A stretch of DNA of 30,315 nt from Bacteroidales bacterium (GCA_036351095.1 JAZBOI010000346.1:1-30315), one strand, 5' to 3'; positions 9,262-19,661 are shown, counted from the stretch's first letter. Program-made: numbers and translations. Notes: generated from the sequence alone by a model not told the origin.

Positions 9262-10367
9262 TCAGCCAGTTTCAGTATTTCCTCAGCTATAAGCCTATCA
9301 GCATTATTAAAGGCCATCGAAGCAATATTCTCCGACAGATTTTTCCGTTTTTGAATATCATTTACAAGTTCGATAATTGTATCCCCAAGTTTTACACCTG
9401 CTTCATTGTCGCTGAGCATCAGTGCTGCATTTCTTCGAAGCAGGGCCATTGCATTCTTCGTCTGGTGGTCATCCGCAACATTAGGCGAGGGTACCAGGAT
9501 TGCAGGCAGGCCAAGCATGCTCAGTTCCGATATAGTAATGGCACCGGCGCGAGAAACAACAATATCGGCAGCAGCATAGGCAAGGTCCATCCTGTCGATA
9601 AAATCATGCAGCCGCGCCAGCCTGCCCTTTGATTTTTCATGCACCTGCTGCATCTTTTCATAATAATATTTACCCGTCTGCCATATAAGCTGGACACTGT
9701 TTTTTTCCAGTTCGGGAAGGCAGGCGGCAAGGCTGTCATTTATTGTGAGGCTGCCCCCTGAGCCACCCAGCGCCAGCACTACGGGTGCCGAAGGGTCAAG
9801 ATTGAAGAACTCATATGCCTCCAACTTCTTATCATCCATCCCGGCCAGGTCTTTTCTTACAGGATTTCCCGTCAGGCGAATTTTTTCAGCCGGGAAATAC
9901 TTCTCCATCCCTTCATAAGCCACGCAGATTACCCTGGCTTTCTTTGCCAGCAGTTTATTTGTCATACCTGCATAACTGTTTTGTTCCTGTATAAGGGTAG
10001 GGAGGCCTTTCCTTTGTGCCACCCTGAGAACCGGACCGCTGGCATAGCCACCTACTCCCACAACCACGTCAGGCTTAAAAGAGGATATTATTTTTTTTGC
10101 CCTGTTAAGGCTTTTAATAAGCTTAACAATAAGGTAAATATTATTAAGGCTTATCCTGCGCTCAAACCCTGTTATTGGCAGGCCGCTGATCTCATAACCG
10201 GCACGCGGCACACGGGTCATCTCAAGCCTGCCGTTTGCACCGACAAAATGAATAATAACATTCCTGTCAATGCCTTTAAGGGCATCAGCTATAGATATGG
10301 CCGGGAAAACATGTCCTCCCGTTCCTCCTCCGCTTATGATTATTCTTTTACCCATTCGCCGTTTCAT
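9258..10367 (-). CDS. murG: Lipid I N-acetylglucosaminyltransferase MurG
   Basis: SGGGTGGHVFPA, GGYASGP, EQNSYAG, GNPVR, GGSGG, SRAGA, DHQTKNA. Start could be the Met at 10355. Confidence 0.98.
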   Translation of the reverse strand: MKRRMGKRIIISGGGTGGHVFPAISIADALKGIDRNVIIHFVGANGRLEMTRVPRAGYEISGLPITGFERRISLNNIYLIVKLIKSLNRAKKIISSFKPDVVVGVGGYASGPVLRVAQRKGLPTLIQEQNSYAGMTNKLLAKKARVICVAYEGMEKYFPAEKIRLTGNPVRKDLAGMDDKKLEAYEFFNLDPSAPVVLALGGSGGSLTINDSLAACLPELEKNSVQLIWQTGKYYYEKMQQVHEKSKGRLARLHDFIDRMDLAYAAADIVVSRAGAITISELSMLGLPAILVPSPNVADDHQTKNAMALLRRNAALMLSDNEAGVKLGDTIIELVNDIQKRKNLSENIASMAFNNADRLIAEEILKLAE

Positions 10368-11562
10368 ATATTACACCATCTTCCGGGTTTTCTTCTTCTC
10401 GCTCATCATTCTCACTATGGAGTGTTTTTGCATTCACCACGCGGCTTACACCAAGTATTGTCCCGAGTGCGAAACTGGATACAACCATTGATGTCCTTCC
10501 CCAGCTGATCATTGGCAGTGTCTGACCTGTAACCGGCAGCAGGCCCACTGCAACCGACATATTCAATACAGCCTGTGTCACCAGCATAACTGTTAAGCCC
10601 ATTACGAGGAAAGCCGGGAAGGCCGTCTCACATTTCCGGGCTATTGAAATGCCCCTGAAAAGCAATATCAGGTAGGCAAAGAGTACTGGTAAAGCACCGA
10701 AGAGCAAACCATACTCTTCAATTATTATAGCAAAAATGAAATCAGAATTTGATTGGGGCAACATATTTCTCTGGACGCTGTTACCGGGCGCTTTGCCAAT
10801 AAGGCCACCTGTGGCAATTGCTATTTTTGCCTGGTTTGACTGATAGTCAGCATCACTGTTTCCTCCATCCCCCTTTACATAATTCTCTATCCTGCTCTTC
10901 CATACTGAAACACGGTTTGTATCGCTTACCATGTCAAGCAGCAAAGCAAAAAGAACAACCGCTGCCAGGGCCATACCCATCCAGGCAAGCAAATATTTAA
11001 GAGGCATCCTGCCAATAAACATTATTACCAGGGCCATTGCAAAGATCATAAGGGCTGTTGACAGATTTTCAGGCATTATCAATGCACATACGATAGCCAC
11101 CGGTATTATCATAATCCTTGTCATGAGCCTGAAATCTTTCAGATTATGCTGGTTCTGGGATAACATACGGGCGAGGTAGATTACAAGTGCCACCTTTGCC
11201 AGGTCTGATGTCTGGATCATGAATCCTGTGCCCGGTATCATTATCCAGCGTGAAGCCTCATTTATCCGAACCGGGAAAAGGAGTGTCACTATCAGCAGTA
11301 TTATTGCAACAAAGAGCAGAAAACCTGCCAGGGATGAATAAATCCTGTATGGCAGCTGGTGGGTCACGGTGATAATAAAAAGGCAAAAAACAAGCATCAT
11401 TCCCTGTGATTTAAGAAAAAAGGTTGTATTGCCCCCATGGCGGGAAAATGCCACACTCACCGAAGAGCTGTAAACAGCCAGGAGGGAATAGATCATAAAT
11501 ACAACTATTAATCCCCACACAACCCTGTCGCCTCTGAATAATCCACCAAAAACTGTTTTCAT
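10348..11562 (-). CDS. ftsW: SEDS peptidoglycan polymerase FtsW
   Basis: About 10 TM; NEASRW, QTSDLAKV, SDFIFAIIIEEYG, LLPVTGQTLPMISWG; located between murD and murG. Confidence 0.95.
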   Translation of the reverse strand: MKTVFGGLFRGDRVVWGLIVVFMIYSLLAVYSSSVSVAFSRHGGNTTFFLKSQGMMLVFCLFIITVTHQLPYRIYSSLAGFLLFVAIILLIVTLLFPVRINEASRWIMIPGTGFMIQTSDLAKVALVIYLARMLSQNQHNLKDFRLMTRIMIIPVAIVCALIMPENLSTALMIFAMALVIMFIGRMPLKYLLAWMGMALAAVVLFALLLDMVSDTNRVSVWKSRIENYVKGDGGNSDADYQSNQAKIAIATGGLIGKAPGNSVQRNMLPQSNSDFIFAIIIEEYGLLFGALPVLFAYLILLFRGISIARKCETAFPAFLVMGLTVMLVTQAVLNMSVAVGLLPVTGQTLPMISWGRTSMVVSSFALGTILGVSRVVNAKTLHSENDEREEENPEDGVIYETANG

Positions 11563-11573
11563 TCTCTTAGATA

Positions 11574-12914
11574 TTACAGGTTCCTAACGGCTTCCTTGAA
11601 CTGCCATCCCCTATCCTCATAGTTTTCAAAAAGATCAAAGCTTGCACAGGCGGGTGACAACAAAACAGTGTCGCCTGTGGAAGCAAGGTAATAGGCAGAC
11701 TTCACTGCCTCAGGCATTGATTTTGTCTCTACAATAGTCGGTATAAGCTCCTTAAAACTTTCAATTATCTTACTGTTATCGCTGCCAAGGCATACAATTG
11801 CTTTCACCTTGTCCCTGGCCAGCTTATGCAACTCGGAATAATCATTGCCCTTATCTATTCCCCCGGCTATCCAGACAACCCTTGAGGTCATACATTCCAG
11901 TGCATACCATGTCGAATTCACATTGGTTGCCTTGGAATCGTTGATAAAATTTATACCGTGGACAGTTATAACTGTTTCGAGCCTGTGCTCAACACCCTGG
12001 AAGTCGCTCAGGCATTCCCTGATAATTTCCTTTCTTATGTTCAGTATCTTGCCCGCTATTGCTGCTGCCATAGAGTTAAAGGTGTTATGGCGGCCTTTAA
12101 GTGCCAGGTCATGAATTGTCATAATGGTATCGGTTTTTTCGTGAATGGAAAGGGTTAGATTGTTATTGGCTATGTATGCTGCCATTCCCTCCGACCTCTC
12201 GTCAGAGAAGGGGAGCAGCTGAGCCTTTGCAGAACGGGATAACAGTTCTTTGCTGATCACCTGGTCATCTGCCCAGTAAATGAAATAATCATCAGCTGAT
12301 TGATTATTTATTATCCTGAATTTTGAGTCTGTATATTCACTGAAGCTATTTGAATACCTGTCGAGGTGATCAGGTGTTATATTTAAAAGAACAGCTATAT
12401 CGGCTTTGAATTCATACATACCGTCAAGCTGAAAGCTGCTGAGCTCTAAAACAAAATATTCGTAATCTCCCTCTGCTACCTGGCGGGCAAATGAATGCCC
12501 CACATTACCCGACAATGCAACATTGAAACCTGCTCTTTTGAGTAAGTCATAAATAAGATTCGACGTGGTTGTTTTCCCGTTGCTTCCGCTAACACAAATT
12601 TTCTTTGCCCCTGTGAACCTGCCTGCAAATTCAATCTCTGAAATTACCGGGATGCCGGCATCAACAATCTTCCTTACAACTTCCTTATCGTCAGGTATTC
12701 CAGGACTCTTAACCACCAGGTCTGCTTCAAGGAGCCTTTCAGGACTGTGCCTGCCTTCCTCGAACTCAATATCATTAGCCAGCAGTTCATCCCTGTATTT
12801 ATCCTTTATTTTTCCATTATCAGAAACAAACACATCATAGTCATTCCTGGCGGCCAGGATAGCTGATCCCGTACCACTTTCACCTGCTCCCAGTATGACT
12901 ATTTTCTTTCCCAT
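11574..12914 (-). CDS. murD: UDP-N-acetylmuramoyl-L-alanine--D-glutamate ligase
   Basis: SGSNGKTTT, ELSSFQL, NITPDHLDRY, NDSKATN, LLSPACASFD. Confidence 0.98.
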   Translation of the reverse strand: MGKKIVILGAGESGTGSAILAARNDYDVFVSDNGKIKDKYRDELLANDIEFEEGRHSPERLLEADLVVKSPGIPDDKEVVRKIVDAGIPVISEIEFAGRFTGAKKICVSGSNGKTTTSNLIYDLLKRAGFNVALSGNVGHSFARQVAEGDYEYFVLELSSFQLDGMYEFKADIAVLLNITPDHLDRYSNSFSEYTDSKFRIINNQSADDYFIYWADDQVISKELLSRSAKAQLLPFSDERSEGMAAYIANNNLTLSIHEKTDTIMTIHDLALKGRHNTFNSMAAAIAGKILNIRKEIIRECLSDFQGVEHRLETVITVHGINFINDSKATNVNSTWYALECMTSRVVWIAGGIDKGNDYSELHKLARDKVKAIVCLGSDNSKIIESFKELIPTIVETKSMPEAVKSAYYLASTGDTVLLSPACASFDLFENYEDRGWQFKEAVRNL

Positions 12915-14170
12915 TATCTTATCTTCAATGTTACCACACTCAGCACTGCAAGCAGGATGGCCACTATCCAGAACCTAGTTACAATTTTTGGTTCAGGATA
13001 TCCCTTCATCTGGTAATGATGATGCAGGGGTGCCATCAGGAAAATCCTCCTGCCCACACCGCTTCTTCTTCGTGTTCGCCTGAACCAGGCCACCTGTATC
13101 ATTACCGAAAGGCTCTCTGCCAGGAATATTCCGCATAATATGGGTATGAGCAGTTCCTTCCTTATCACGATGGCAAAAACTGCTATTATCCCTCCAATGG
13201 CAAGGCTTCCTGTATCTCCCATAAACACCTGGGCAGGGTATGAATTATACCACAGGAAACCTATGGTAGCCCCGACAAAGGCACTGGCAAATATCACCAG
13301 CTCACCTGTATAGGGTATGTACATAATATTCAGGTAGTCGGCATAAATTATATTACCCGAGACATAGGCCAGCACACCGAGGGTTACCCCAATGATGGAT
13401 GAAGTTCCTGTTGCCAGGCCGTCCAGGCCATCAGTCAGGTTAGCACCATTGGATACTGCTATAACTATAAGAATTGTAACGACGACAAAAACCACCCAGC
13501 CGGCTGTCTGCCTGTTATCCTTATTGACGAAAGGAACCAGCCAGGAGTAATCGAACTCATTATTCTTAATAAAGGGGATGGTAGTTTTTGTACTTTTGAT
13601 GTCACTGGTCACATAATCACCGGTCTGGTCTACGTTTGCTGCCTGTAGATATTCCGAAGTCTGGCTGATAGGGATTTCTTCAACGGTCACTATCTCCCTT
13701 ACTACGGCCTGCTCACTGAAGAGCAGTGTAATGCCTACAACCAGGCCAAGGACGGTTTGCCCGATTATCTTGAATTTTCCGGCCAGGCCTTTCTTATTCT
13801 TTTTGAAAATCTTAATGTAATCATCTACAAAGCCTATAAGTCCCAGCCAGACTGTGGTTACAAGCATGAGTATAACATAAATATTATCCAGCCTGGCAAA
13901 CAGGAGGGTGGGTATGGTTATAGAGGCAAGAATTATCAGACCTCCCATTGACGGTGTTCCTTCTTTCCTGTACTGACCTTCCAGTCCCAGGTTGCGTACG
14001 ACCTCACCCACCTGCTCTTTCTGCAGGCGCCTGATAACTGTTTTTCCCACCAGGAGTGAAAGCAGGAGTGAGGTTATCACTGCAGCCGCAGACCGGAAAG
14101 AGATATATTCAAAAACCCCTGCCCCGGGTATATCAAATGATTCAAGATATTTGAAAAGGTAGTATAGCAT
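12914..14170 (-). CDS. mraY: Phospho-N-acetylmuramoyl-pentapeptide transferase
   Basis: [44 protein letters not shown]. Confidence 0.98.
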   Translation of the reverse strand: MLYYLFKYLESFDIPGAGVFEYISFRSAAAVITSLLLSLLVGKTVIRRLQKEQVGEVVRNLGLEGQYRKEGTPSMGGLIILASITIPTLLFARLDNIYVILMLVTTVWLGLIGFVDDYIKIFKKNKKGLAGKFKIIGQTVLGLVVGITLLFSEQAVVREIVTVEEIPISQTSEYLQAANVDQTGDYVTSDIKSTKTTIPFIKNNEFDYSWLVPFVNKDNRQTAGWVVFVVVTILIVIAVSNGANLTDGLDGLATGTSSIIGVTLGVLAYVSGNIIYADYLNIMYIPYTGELVIFASAFVGATIGFLWYNSYPAQVFMGDTGSLAIGGIIAVFAIVIRKELLIPILCGIFLAESLSVMIQVAWFRRTRRRSGVGRRIFLMAPLHHHYQMKGYPEPKIVTRFWIVAILLAVLSVVTLKIR

Positions 14171-14180
14171 CCTTTATGTT

Positions 14181-15641
14181 TTATTTAGCCGACATAAATA
14201 CTTTTCTTAACTCTTCCATGTCATCAAAATGATGACGCTTACCCATGATTTCCTGGTATGTTTCATGGCCTTTGCCCGCAACAAGCAGTATATCATCACT
14301 ACCAGCCATCATTGCAGCAGCTTTTATTGCCTCCCTCCTGTCCTTTATTCTCAGGACCCTGTCCATCATAGCGGCCGGAACACCTCCTGTCATGTCATCA
14401 ATAATCTTATCCTGGTCTTCGTTTCGTGGATTATCGGAGGTAAGTATCAGCCTGTCACTGTTTTCAGCACATATCCTTGCCATTATGGGGCGCTTGCTCC
14501 TGTCGCGGTCGCCCCCGGCACCCACAACGGTAATCAGCCTGTTGCCTGACTGCCGTATCTTATTTATTGCCGATAAGACATTGGCCAGGGCATCCGGGGT
14601 ATGTGCATAATCAACAATTGCAGTTATGCCAGTGGCAGATCTGAGCACTTCGAACCTGCCACGCACAGGTCTGAGCCGGCTGACAGCAGTAAGCACTTCC
14701 ATCCGGTCCTGACCAAGCAGGTCGGCAGCAGAAACAACTGCAAGGAGATTATAAGCATTAAATTCACCTATGAAGCCGGTCCATACATCATTGTTAGCAA
14801 AGCGAATATGCATACCATCAAAGCTGTGCTCGACTATCCTGCAACTATAGTCAGACACTGTTTTGAGTGAATATTCAAAAACTGTGGCCCTGGTGTTCTG
14901 TACCATCAGGCCGGCATTACGGTCATCTGCATTGACAAGTGCTTTTGAGCCCGGCGGCAGCAGGTCGAAAAATTTCTTTTTTGCCCTGAGATAATTATCG
15001 AAGGTGCCGTGATAGTCAAGATGATCGTGGGTAATATTGGTGAAAATGCCCATTGAAAAAACAAGCCCTGCTATCCTTTTCTGAACAAGCGCATGCGAAC
15101 TCACTTCCATAAAGGCATATTCACAACCTTCATTGATCATTTCACTTAAAAGCCGGTTAATCCTGACAGGGTCAGGAGTGGTCAGGCTTGCCTCCTGCTC
15201 CCGGCCTGCAATAAAATTTTTTACTGTAGACAGTAAGCCGGCTTTATAGCCCATTGCGGTAAAAAGATCATATAAAAGGCTGGCCGTGGTTGTCTTTCCA
15301 TTGGTGCCTGTTACTCCAACAAGCTTTATTTTTTCCGAGGGCCTGCCATAATAATTTGAAGCACACAGGGCAAGGGCATGGGCAGAGTCGTCGACCCTGA
15401 TCCAGCATAGTCCGGGATCTGCATTTTCGGGCAGCTTCTCGCAGATTATAGCCCTTGCTCCGTTAGCGATTGCCTGGTCTATATACTTGTGGCCGTCAGT
15501 TATAGTACCCCTCACAGCAACGAAAAGATCATTCCCGGCAAGCATCCTTGAATCAAAGCATATCCCGGCCACGGATATATCATCCGGGGACGATGAGCAC
15601 CTGTAATCAATGCCTTCTAATATTTCACCGAGTTTCTTCAT
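14181..15641 (-). CDS. murE: UDP-MurNAc-L-Ala-D-Glu--meso-diaminopimelate ligase
   Basis: VTGTNGKTT, LTTPD, MEVSSH, HDHLDYH, VDYAHTPD, AGKGHETYQ; DNPR motif indicates meso-DAP specificity. Confidence 0.98.
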   Translation of the reverse strand: MKKLGEILEGIDYRCSSSPDDISVAGICFDSRMLAGNDLFVAVRGTITDGHKYIDQAIANGARAIICEKLPENADPGLCWIRVDDSAHALALCASNYYGRPSEKIKLVGVTGTNGKTTTASLLYDLFTAMGYKAGLLSTVKNFIAGREQEASLTTPDPVRINRLLSEMINEGCEYAFMEVSSHALVQKRIAGLVFSMGIFTNITHDHLDYHGTFDNYLRAKKKFFDLLPPGSKALVNADDRNAGLMVQNTRATVFEYSLKTVSDYSCRIVEHSFDGMHIRFANNDVWTGFIGEFNAYNLLAVVSAADLLGQDRMEVLTAVSRLRPVRGRFEVLRSATGITAIVDYAHTPDALANVLSAINKIRQSGNRLITVVGAGGDRDRSKRPIMARICAENSDRLILTSDNPRNEDQDKIIDDMTGGVPAAMMDRVLRIKDRREAIKAAAMMAGSDDILLVAGKGHETYQEIMGKRHHFDDMEELRKVFMSAK

Positions 15642-17740
15642 CAGTTTCGTAATTCAATAACTATAGCCGACCCCGGAATGATCCTTGTTCCAGGGCGCAA
15701 TGACTGGCTGACAACTTCTCCCCTTCCCATCACCTTTACCTTTAGCCCGCTGTTCTCGAGAAGGAAGAGGGCATCCCTTAATCCCATCCCGACAACATTT
15801 GGGACCAGGTTCTCAATAAGCTCCAGCTCCCGGAATTTTACCGTATCATTCTCATTAAAGGAATCTATCCATTTATCCTGCCCGCTGTAACGGTATTTTA
15901 CACCCAGTTCAGCCAGCAGGTGGTCTGTCTCTCCCAGGTAACCTTTTTTCACGGCGGGAGGGTGGTAGCCGGCTGAGTCAGGCCCATTAAAAAAGTGAGT
16001 GGCATATACTTTATCGGCAATTTCCTTGAAAACCGGTCCGGCAACCAGGTTGCCATAATAAACTGAATTGGAAGGCGCATTCACCACTACGATACATGAA
16101 TAAACAGGGTTTTCGGCAGGGAAATATCCCACAAATGATGCCTGGTAGGACACTTGACCGCCATGCTTGTATCCGTATTTTTCATTTGCTATCTGTGCCG
16201 TTCCTGTTTTGCCTGCTATGCTGTAATTATCATTATCAAGGTTCTTCGCTGTACCGTTAGCAACAACCCCTTCAAGTAAGAGCCTGGCCTTTTCGACTGT
16301 TGAGCGTGAGCATATGGCAGGGTTAAGTACTTCCGGACCTATCTTTTTTATTGTCTGTCCATGATACTGTATTTCCCTGACTATGCGGGGTTTCATCATA
16401 CGACCGCCATTTGCCACGGCGTTGTAAAAGGTGAGTATCTGCAGGGGTGTCATCTGCACCTCGTAGCCATGCGACATCATTGGCAGCGAAATACCCGACC
16501 AGTACCTGTCGCCCGGATACCTTATCAGGGGCGCACCCTCTCCTTTAATATCAATACCAAGCTTTTCGTTGAGACCCATACGGTAAAGCCTGTCAACGTA
16601 ATCACCCGGACGGTTTTTATAGTTTTCATAAATTATTTTCGCTGTACCCACATTGGACGATTTCTCGAACACTTCCTTTACACTCAGGGGGCCATAGCCT
16701 TCCCTCCTGGTATCCCTGATAGTTTTATCATAATACCTGACAGTGCCATCGCCGGTGTCTATTGTATCGTCCAGGTCAATAACCCCATCTTCAATGGCTG
16801 CAATGAATGAGGCCAGTTTGAATGTTGATCCTGGCTCTGTGCTTTCCCCGACAGCATAATTATATGACTCATAGTAATTACCATCGTCACCTAACTCGAG
16901 ATTGACAATAGCCTTGATGTCACCGGTATTGACCTGCATCAAAACTGCGACACCATGGTGGGCATTATGCTTTGCCAGCTGCCTTTCCAGTGCAGTCTCA
17001 GCCACATCCTGCAGGTCTATGTTTATTGTTGTCAGTATGTCATTCCCATCCCTTGGTTCCAGTGAATTTTCACTGTTCACAGGCATCCATCCCCCGCCGG
17101 TGAGGCGCTGCTTAAGAACCGATCCGCTTATCCCTGTGAGCTGTCCATCATATGCTCCTTCAAGACCCACAACATTACCAGACGATCCCCTGGTCAGATA
17201 TCCAATAGTACGGCTGGCCAGCCTCAGATGAGGGAGTCTGCGTATATTTTCCGGTTCAGCAATGAAGCCACCTTTATATCTTCCATTCTCGAAAATTGGT
17301 AGCTGCTTTAGCTCTTTCAGGGTATTATGGCTTACCCTTCGTTTGATAAGATAATATCTTTCACCCCTTCGCCTGGCGTTTTGAAGATCACTCTTCCAGG
17401 CAGCGGCTGATTTCAGACCAATGATTTTTGACAAACCATCACACAGGCCGTCCAGGCCATGATCCCAGGTTTTTTGTTCCATACCCGTGCTCCGGGTATC
17501 AATATATACTGAATAGTAAGGTACTGAACTTGCCAGCAGCCTGCCGTCGTCAGCCAGAATGTCACCCCTGTTGGCAGGAACAACATCTGTTTTGTAAACA
17601 AACTCCTCTCCCAGTTCAGCCCATTCATCGCCCTGCAGGAACTGGATAATTAAAATACGTGCAAGTATTGCTATACCTGTAATTGTAATAACCAGGTATA
17701 CAACCCCACTGCGCCATATTATTTCATCCCTTAAGGCCAT
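15641..17740 (-). CDS. ftsI: Class B PBP (FtsI/PBP3) with C-terminal PASTA domain
   Basis: N-terminal TM, ANRGDI; transpeptidase motifs STFK, SSN and KTG; PASTA-like VPNVVGMGLRDALFLLEN. Confidence 0.95.
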   Translation of the reverse strand: MALRDEIIWRSGVVYLVITITGIAILARILIIQFLQGDEWAELGEEFVYKTDVVPANRGDILADDGRLLASSVPYYSVYIDTRSTGMEQKTWDHGLDGLCDGLSKIIGLKSAAAWKSDLQNARRRGERYYLIKRRVSHNTLKELKQLPIFENGRYKGGFIAEPENIRRLPHLRLASRTIGYLTRGSSGNVVGLEGAYDGQLTGISGSVLKQRLTGGGWMPVNSENSLEPRDGNDILTTINIDLQDVAETALERQLAKHNAHHGVAVLMQVNTGDIKAIVNLELGDDGNYYESYNYAVGESTEPGSTFKLASFIAAIEDGVIDLDDTIDTGDGTVRYYDKTIRDTRREGYGPLSVKEVFEKSSNVGTAKIIYENYKNRPGDYVDRLYRMGLNEKLGIDIKGEGAPLIRYPGDRYWSGISLPMMSHGYEVQMTPLQILTFYNAVANGGRMMKPRIVREIQYHGQTIKKIGPEVLNPAICSRSTVEKARLLLEGVVANGTAKNLDNDNYSIAGKTGTAQIANEKYGYKHGGQVSYQASFVGYFPAENPVYSCIVVVNAPSNSVYYGNLVAGPVFKEIADKVYATHFFNGPDSAGYHPPAVKKGYLGETDHLLAELGVKYRYSGQDKWIDSFNENDTVKFRELELIENLVPNVVGMGLRDALFLLENSGLKVKVMGRGEVVSQSLRPGTRIIPGSAIVIELRN

Positions 17741-18105
17741 TATTTTTTCTTTATCACTATTTTATAGGGAGGTTCCTTTAATTCCTTCAGTTCCAATCCA
17801 CGCTCATTTACCAGCCTTGTTACCTGCGACTGCTTGCTTATATACATAAGTTCGGAGCTTGTGGCTATGGCTTCAGCCCTGAGTTCCTTCACCTCTTCGT
17901 GCAATACATCAGTCTTTCTTATTATTTTCTCTGCATGAAACCTGTTGGCTATATACAGTGCCCCCAGGAAGGTCAGCATCAGTAATAAGGGCAGATTACC
18001 CAGTATTATCCTTTCACTGAACAGTGAACCACTGATCAGGCTCTTTACAAAACCCTCCCCCCGGGGATTAGGTCCCCTGCTGCTTGCTTTTTGTTTCATT
18101 ACCAT
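17740..18105 (-). CDS. ftsL: FtsL-like cell division protein
   Basis: 121 aa with one TM followed by a coiled coil; located between rsmH and ftsI. Confidence 0.85.
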   Translation of the reverse strand: MVMKQKASSRGPNPRGEGFVKSLISGSLFSERIILGNLPLLLMLTFLGALYIANRFHAEKIIRKTDVLHEEVKELRAEAIATSSELMYISKQSQVTRLVNERGLELKELKEPPYKIVIKKK

Positions 18106-18106
18106 A

Positions 18107-19006
18107 CTACTTCTTTTCTGCTATTCGTAAGCGTGCGCTTCTTGCCCTCCTGTTACGTAATATCTCGTCCTCAGAGGGACTTATTACTTTCCTGTTTACC
18201 AGGACAAAAGGACTTTCGGGATTGCCATAAAAATCTTTCTTTTCCAGACCTTCAAAATTTCCGGTCCTGAAAAAATTCTTGACCAGCCTGTCTTCTATGG
18301 AATGGTAAGCAACCACAGCTATCCTTCCTCCCCTTACCAGCATCTCCTGGGCCTGCAACAACATTTCCCCGAGGAATTCCATTTCCCTGTTCACTTCCAT
18401 GCGCAAAGCCTGGAACAACCTTGACAGGTATTTATTTTCCGAGCGCACGGGTAAATAATCACTGACCGATTCAACCAGGTCAAGGGTGGTCCTGAGGGAT
18501 TTGCTCTTCCTTTGTTCCACAATTGCCGAAGCAATGGCTCCGGCATTCCTGAATTCGCCGTATTCTTTCAATATCTTCCTCAACTGCTCCTGCGTGTAGC
18601 CATTCACAATATCTGCAGCTGTTTTGCCGGCTGACTGGCTCATTCTCATGTCAAGTTCAGAGTCAAACCTGTAGGAAAAGCCCCTTGCAGGATCATCAAA
18701 TTGCCTGGATGAAACACCCAGGTCAGCCACCAGTCCGTTAATTGCTTCCACACCATGGTACAGCAGGTTGTTCCGCAGGAAGCGGAAATTCTGGTTAATA
18801 AACAGAAACCGGTCGTCAACCGGTTTATTCATTTCAGCATCTGCATCCTGGTCAAAAGCGATAAGCTTTCCCCTGTCCAGACGCTTCAGTATCTCACTTG
18901 AATGACCACCTCCCCCGAAAGTTACATCGACATAAATCCCGTCAGGCTGAATGTTCAGCCCGTCAATACATTCATTCAGCAATGCAGGGACATGGTATTG
19001 CATCAT
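18107..19006 (-). CDS. rsmH: 16S rRNA m4C1402 methyltransferase RsmH (MraW)
   Basis: HVPALL, DVTFGGGGHS, DLGVSS, LDMRM, FQALRMEVN, YHSIEDRLVK, RARSARLR. Confidence 0.99.
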   Translation of the reverse strand: MMQYHVPALLNECIDGLNIQPDGIYVDVTFGGGGHSSEILKRLDRGKLIAFDQDADAEMNKPVDDRFLFINQNFRFLRNNLLYHGVEAINGLVADLGVSSRQFDDPARGFSYRFDSELDMRMSQSAGKTAADIVNGYTQEQLRKILKEYGEFRNAGAIASAIVEQRKSKSLRTTLDLVESVSDYLPVRSENKYLSRLFQALRMEVNREMEFLGEMLLQAQEMLVRGGRIAVVAYHSIEDRLVKNFFRTGNFEGLEKKDFYGNPESPFVLVNRKVISPSEDEILRNRRARSARLRIAEKK

Positions 19007-19470
19007 AATTCTCCTTCAGGTATATTACCTCCCATCAGTTTTTCTGCCAGTTCAGCAAAATCATCCACCGGCATGTCAATCTTATCATATCTCTCGCTGG
19101 CCCAGATCTCTATCCGTCCATCCTGTCCTGCCAGCACAACTTCTTTATTTATTCCCGCAATCTCAATCAGCCTGCGGGGTATAAGCAAGCGATTACTGCT
19201 GTCGAGAGTAAGCTCAGCCGTCCCCTTGAAGAAATTGCGCAGGAACATGTTGTGCTCCCGCTTATAAGGATTTATCCTGCTTCGTATACTGTTCATCTGA
19301 TCTTCCCAGTCACCTGATGTGTATAAAACCAGGCACTGCTCGAAGATGTCCCTCCGAACCACAAAATGGTCATCATCAGTAGATTGCATCTGCTTCTTGA
19401 AAGCAGAGGGGAAAATCAGCCTGCCCTTGGCATCAATCTTGCAACTATAATCACCTATGAATGTGGCCAT
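19003..19470 (-). CDS. mraZ: Division/cell-wall cluster transcriptional repressor MraZ
   Basis: Two SpoVT/AbrB repeats with DAKGRL and DSSNRLL; first gene of the dcw cluster. Confidence 0.97.
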   Translation of the reverse strand: MATFIGDYSCKIDAKGRLIFPSAFKKQMQSTDDDHFVVRRDIFEQCLVLYTSGDWEDQMNSIRSRINPYKREHNMFLRNFFKGTAELTLDSSNRLLIPRRLIEIAGINKEVVLAGQDGRIEIWASERYDKIDMPVDDFAELAEKLMGGNIPEGEL

Positions 19471-19510
19471 ATCCTTAAAAACAAGTTTGAATGTAAAAAT
19501 AATAAAAATT

Positions 19511-19540
19511 CCCCACTTTACTCCACTTTACCCCATTTTT
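19511..19540 (-). promoter_or_regulatory. MraZ operator: three 10-bp-period direct repeats
   Basis: Minus strand ATGGGG-taaa-GTGGAG-taaa-GTGGGG (plus strand CCCCACTTTA CTCCACTTTA CCCCATTTTT), matching the known TGGGN repeat architecture upstream of mraZ; possible degenerate fourth unit at 19541-19550. Confidence 0.85.
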
Positions 19541-19653
19541 TTACACTTTGTTGAAAACTTTTAATAATATCTCTTCGAGATATTGCCGGGACGCGCATAA
19601 ACATGTGAAGTACAATCCATTGTTTTTAATGAGCTTGATTTATGTTTTTTGAC

Positions 19654-19661
19654 TAAATTTG
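19654..19661 (+). promoter_or_regulatory. Candidate -7 promoter element (TAAATTTG) for the acyltransferase pair
   Basis: Exact TAnnTTTG followed by CA, 30 nt upstream of the ATG at 19692; TTG at 19635-19637 as a possible -33. Confidence 0.6.

Noticed and set aside
4215-19470. murF, ddl and murB missing from the dcw cluster
   Set aside because: This gene order is the usual Bacteroidetes arrangement; these genes are normally elsewhere, and no gap or remnant is visible.
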